NCBI RefSeq assembly: GCF_006345805.1
Contig: NC_043001.1
Location: 33,604,001 to 33,668,000, forward strand
Reading direction: 5' to 3'
Source of the DNA: Octopus sinensis
Lineage: Eukaryota
Length of the DNA stretch: 64,000 bases
A program made the translations under genes and the position numbers. The stretch's first letter is position 1, and each line of letters starts with the position of its first letter. A model generated the notes under the pieces. The model saw nothing but the letters and a program-made list of their open reading frames with translations. It was not told where the DNA came from and did no database searches. This document shows positions 62,602 to 64,000 of this stretch, in pieces.

Positions 62602-64000
62602 ACTGTAAGCAAATCTAGACCTGGTGGATGCTGGCAGCTTTATCTGCAAGGTTTGAATTGCAGGGGCTGGTTTTCTATGAGTGTTGAGGTAATGAGGGAT
62701 GTACACAAGCTACCATCTGCTCAGAAGGGTGAGTAGGTTGTACAGCCCAACCAGCCCAGAGTGACAGTGAAAGTCAGCCTGCATCAATCCATTGATGACA
62801 CTGGAGAATATAAAGAGACCTGCTGTTCCTTATGTGGGGACATGCCCTCTCTTTTAAGCTCTGGATGTGATGCTGTGAAATATGTTCACTTTGAAGAATA
62901 ATTCTTCCAGCAAGTTTTATTCCTAGCCCCTTTCCTACTTCAGCTTTTTGGTTCAAACATGATTTTTTTTTTTCTTTCTTTAGTTTGGCATAGGATTTTC
63001 TGTTCTTTTTATTTCATCACAGATTTTATAGAAGGGTATATTTCTCAGACTTGTGTTCATGGCCCATATAATGTCAGTCACTGTAAGTGTAGGACAGAAT
63101 CCATGATTAAAAACTCTTTGAAACTAGGAAATAATATTCCATACATTGAGAATTTAGTGATTCTAAGTGTCAAAAACAGGTGACAACTATTCACCTCCGT
63201 GACTGGAAGTTGTTCCCTGAAGATTTTTTCAGTTCTTTTAAACAGTTGTAGCTATATCCATACTGGAGCTTATCCTTCAGATAAAGATATCTAAAGTTTT
63301 AGCTAGTTGAATAATGTCGAAATACTTAAACTATAGAGCACCCATATAGTTAAAACTGTACTTTAAAATAGATCTTACTCTATTAGGTTATATTACTATA
63401 ATTGTTCAAGATAAACATACAGTTAGGATATTGAGATGGAAGTCCTTCATTGTGTGAAAAGTATTGGATTTGGAGTGGAATTTTTCACAGACTTGGTGAT
63501 GATTTTAAACTAATGTGAAATATTCTGGTGATTGTTATGGAATTGGTGTTATTAGGTAATTCAAGTTCTATCATACAAGTAAAATCTAATTTTAAATCAT
63601 GTTGTGAATAATTAAAAACAAATAAGAAAAAGTAACAAATTCTTCTGTGAGGTTACTATGAAAGAATATTCACTGAAATTTGTATATTGAAGTTCAAACT
63701 TGTTGCCTAATTATACGTTTTTGATTAAAATGGCCATTAATGTCAAGACTTGAAACTCTGCCATCCGAATTGAATTATGTCTGTGTAAAGAATATGTTAC
63801 TTACTTCAGTCACTCCCATCTACATTTCGCAGTTGAATGCTTGTTTTTGAGAATCCATGCATATCATTTAAAATATGACATCATGGTAAAGCGAAAAGTC
63901 GTTTGTGTCTATGTAGATAATCTCATGACATGCTTAAACAACCAGGAGAAAATAGTGGGTGTGTGGCAGGAAATCAGATTTATTTCCTATGAAAGAAATA

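Noticed and set aside
62599-62736. Selenocysteine or readthrough extension of SMG9
   Set aside because: The TGA falls at the conserved C-terminus, the context is not TGA-CTAG, and I see no SECIS.

Overview
AT-rich, microsatellite- and SINE-dense animal genomic DNA. The repeat families look like those of an octopus, which is my inference and not a database result. Two spliced housekeeping genes sit head-to-head around a CpG-retaining region at about 41.3-44.8 kb. SMG9 (+ strand) has 13 coding exons from 42831 to 62601, all GT-AG and phase-consistent, giving 505 aa with a P-loop. TBRG1 (- strand) has 7 well-supported coding exons from 40932 to 29300 covering the FYRN/FYRC domains; its terminal exon is unresolved. 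The rest is mostly decayed mobile DNA: RTE- and CR1-type LINE fragments, several Tc1/mariner relics, MITEs, at least three tRNA-derived SINE families and a very abundant (GAT)n-tailed repeat. Most ORFs in the supplied track are microsatellite or repeat artefacts. The most interesting signals are a near-perfect nested 148-nt hairpin and a candidate 20-nt microexon or alternative first exon in SMG9 intron 1, a minimal Penelope-type hammerhead ribozyme motif on the TBRG1 sense strand, and several fold-back repeats that could form dsRNA. A GC-rich dimeric insert flanked by a 13-bp duplication also stands out. I found no clearly new multi-gene system.
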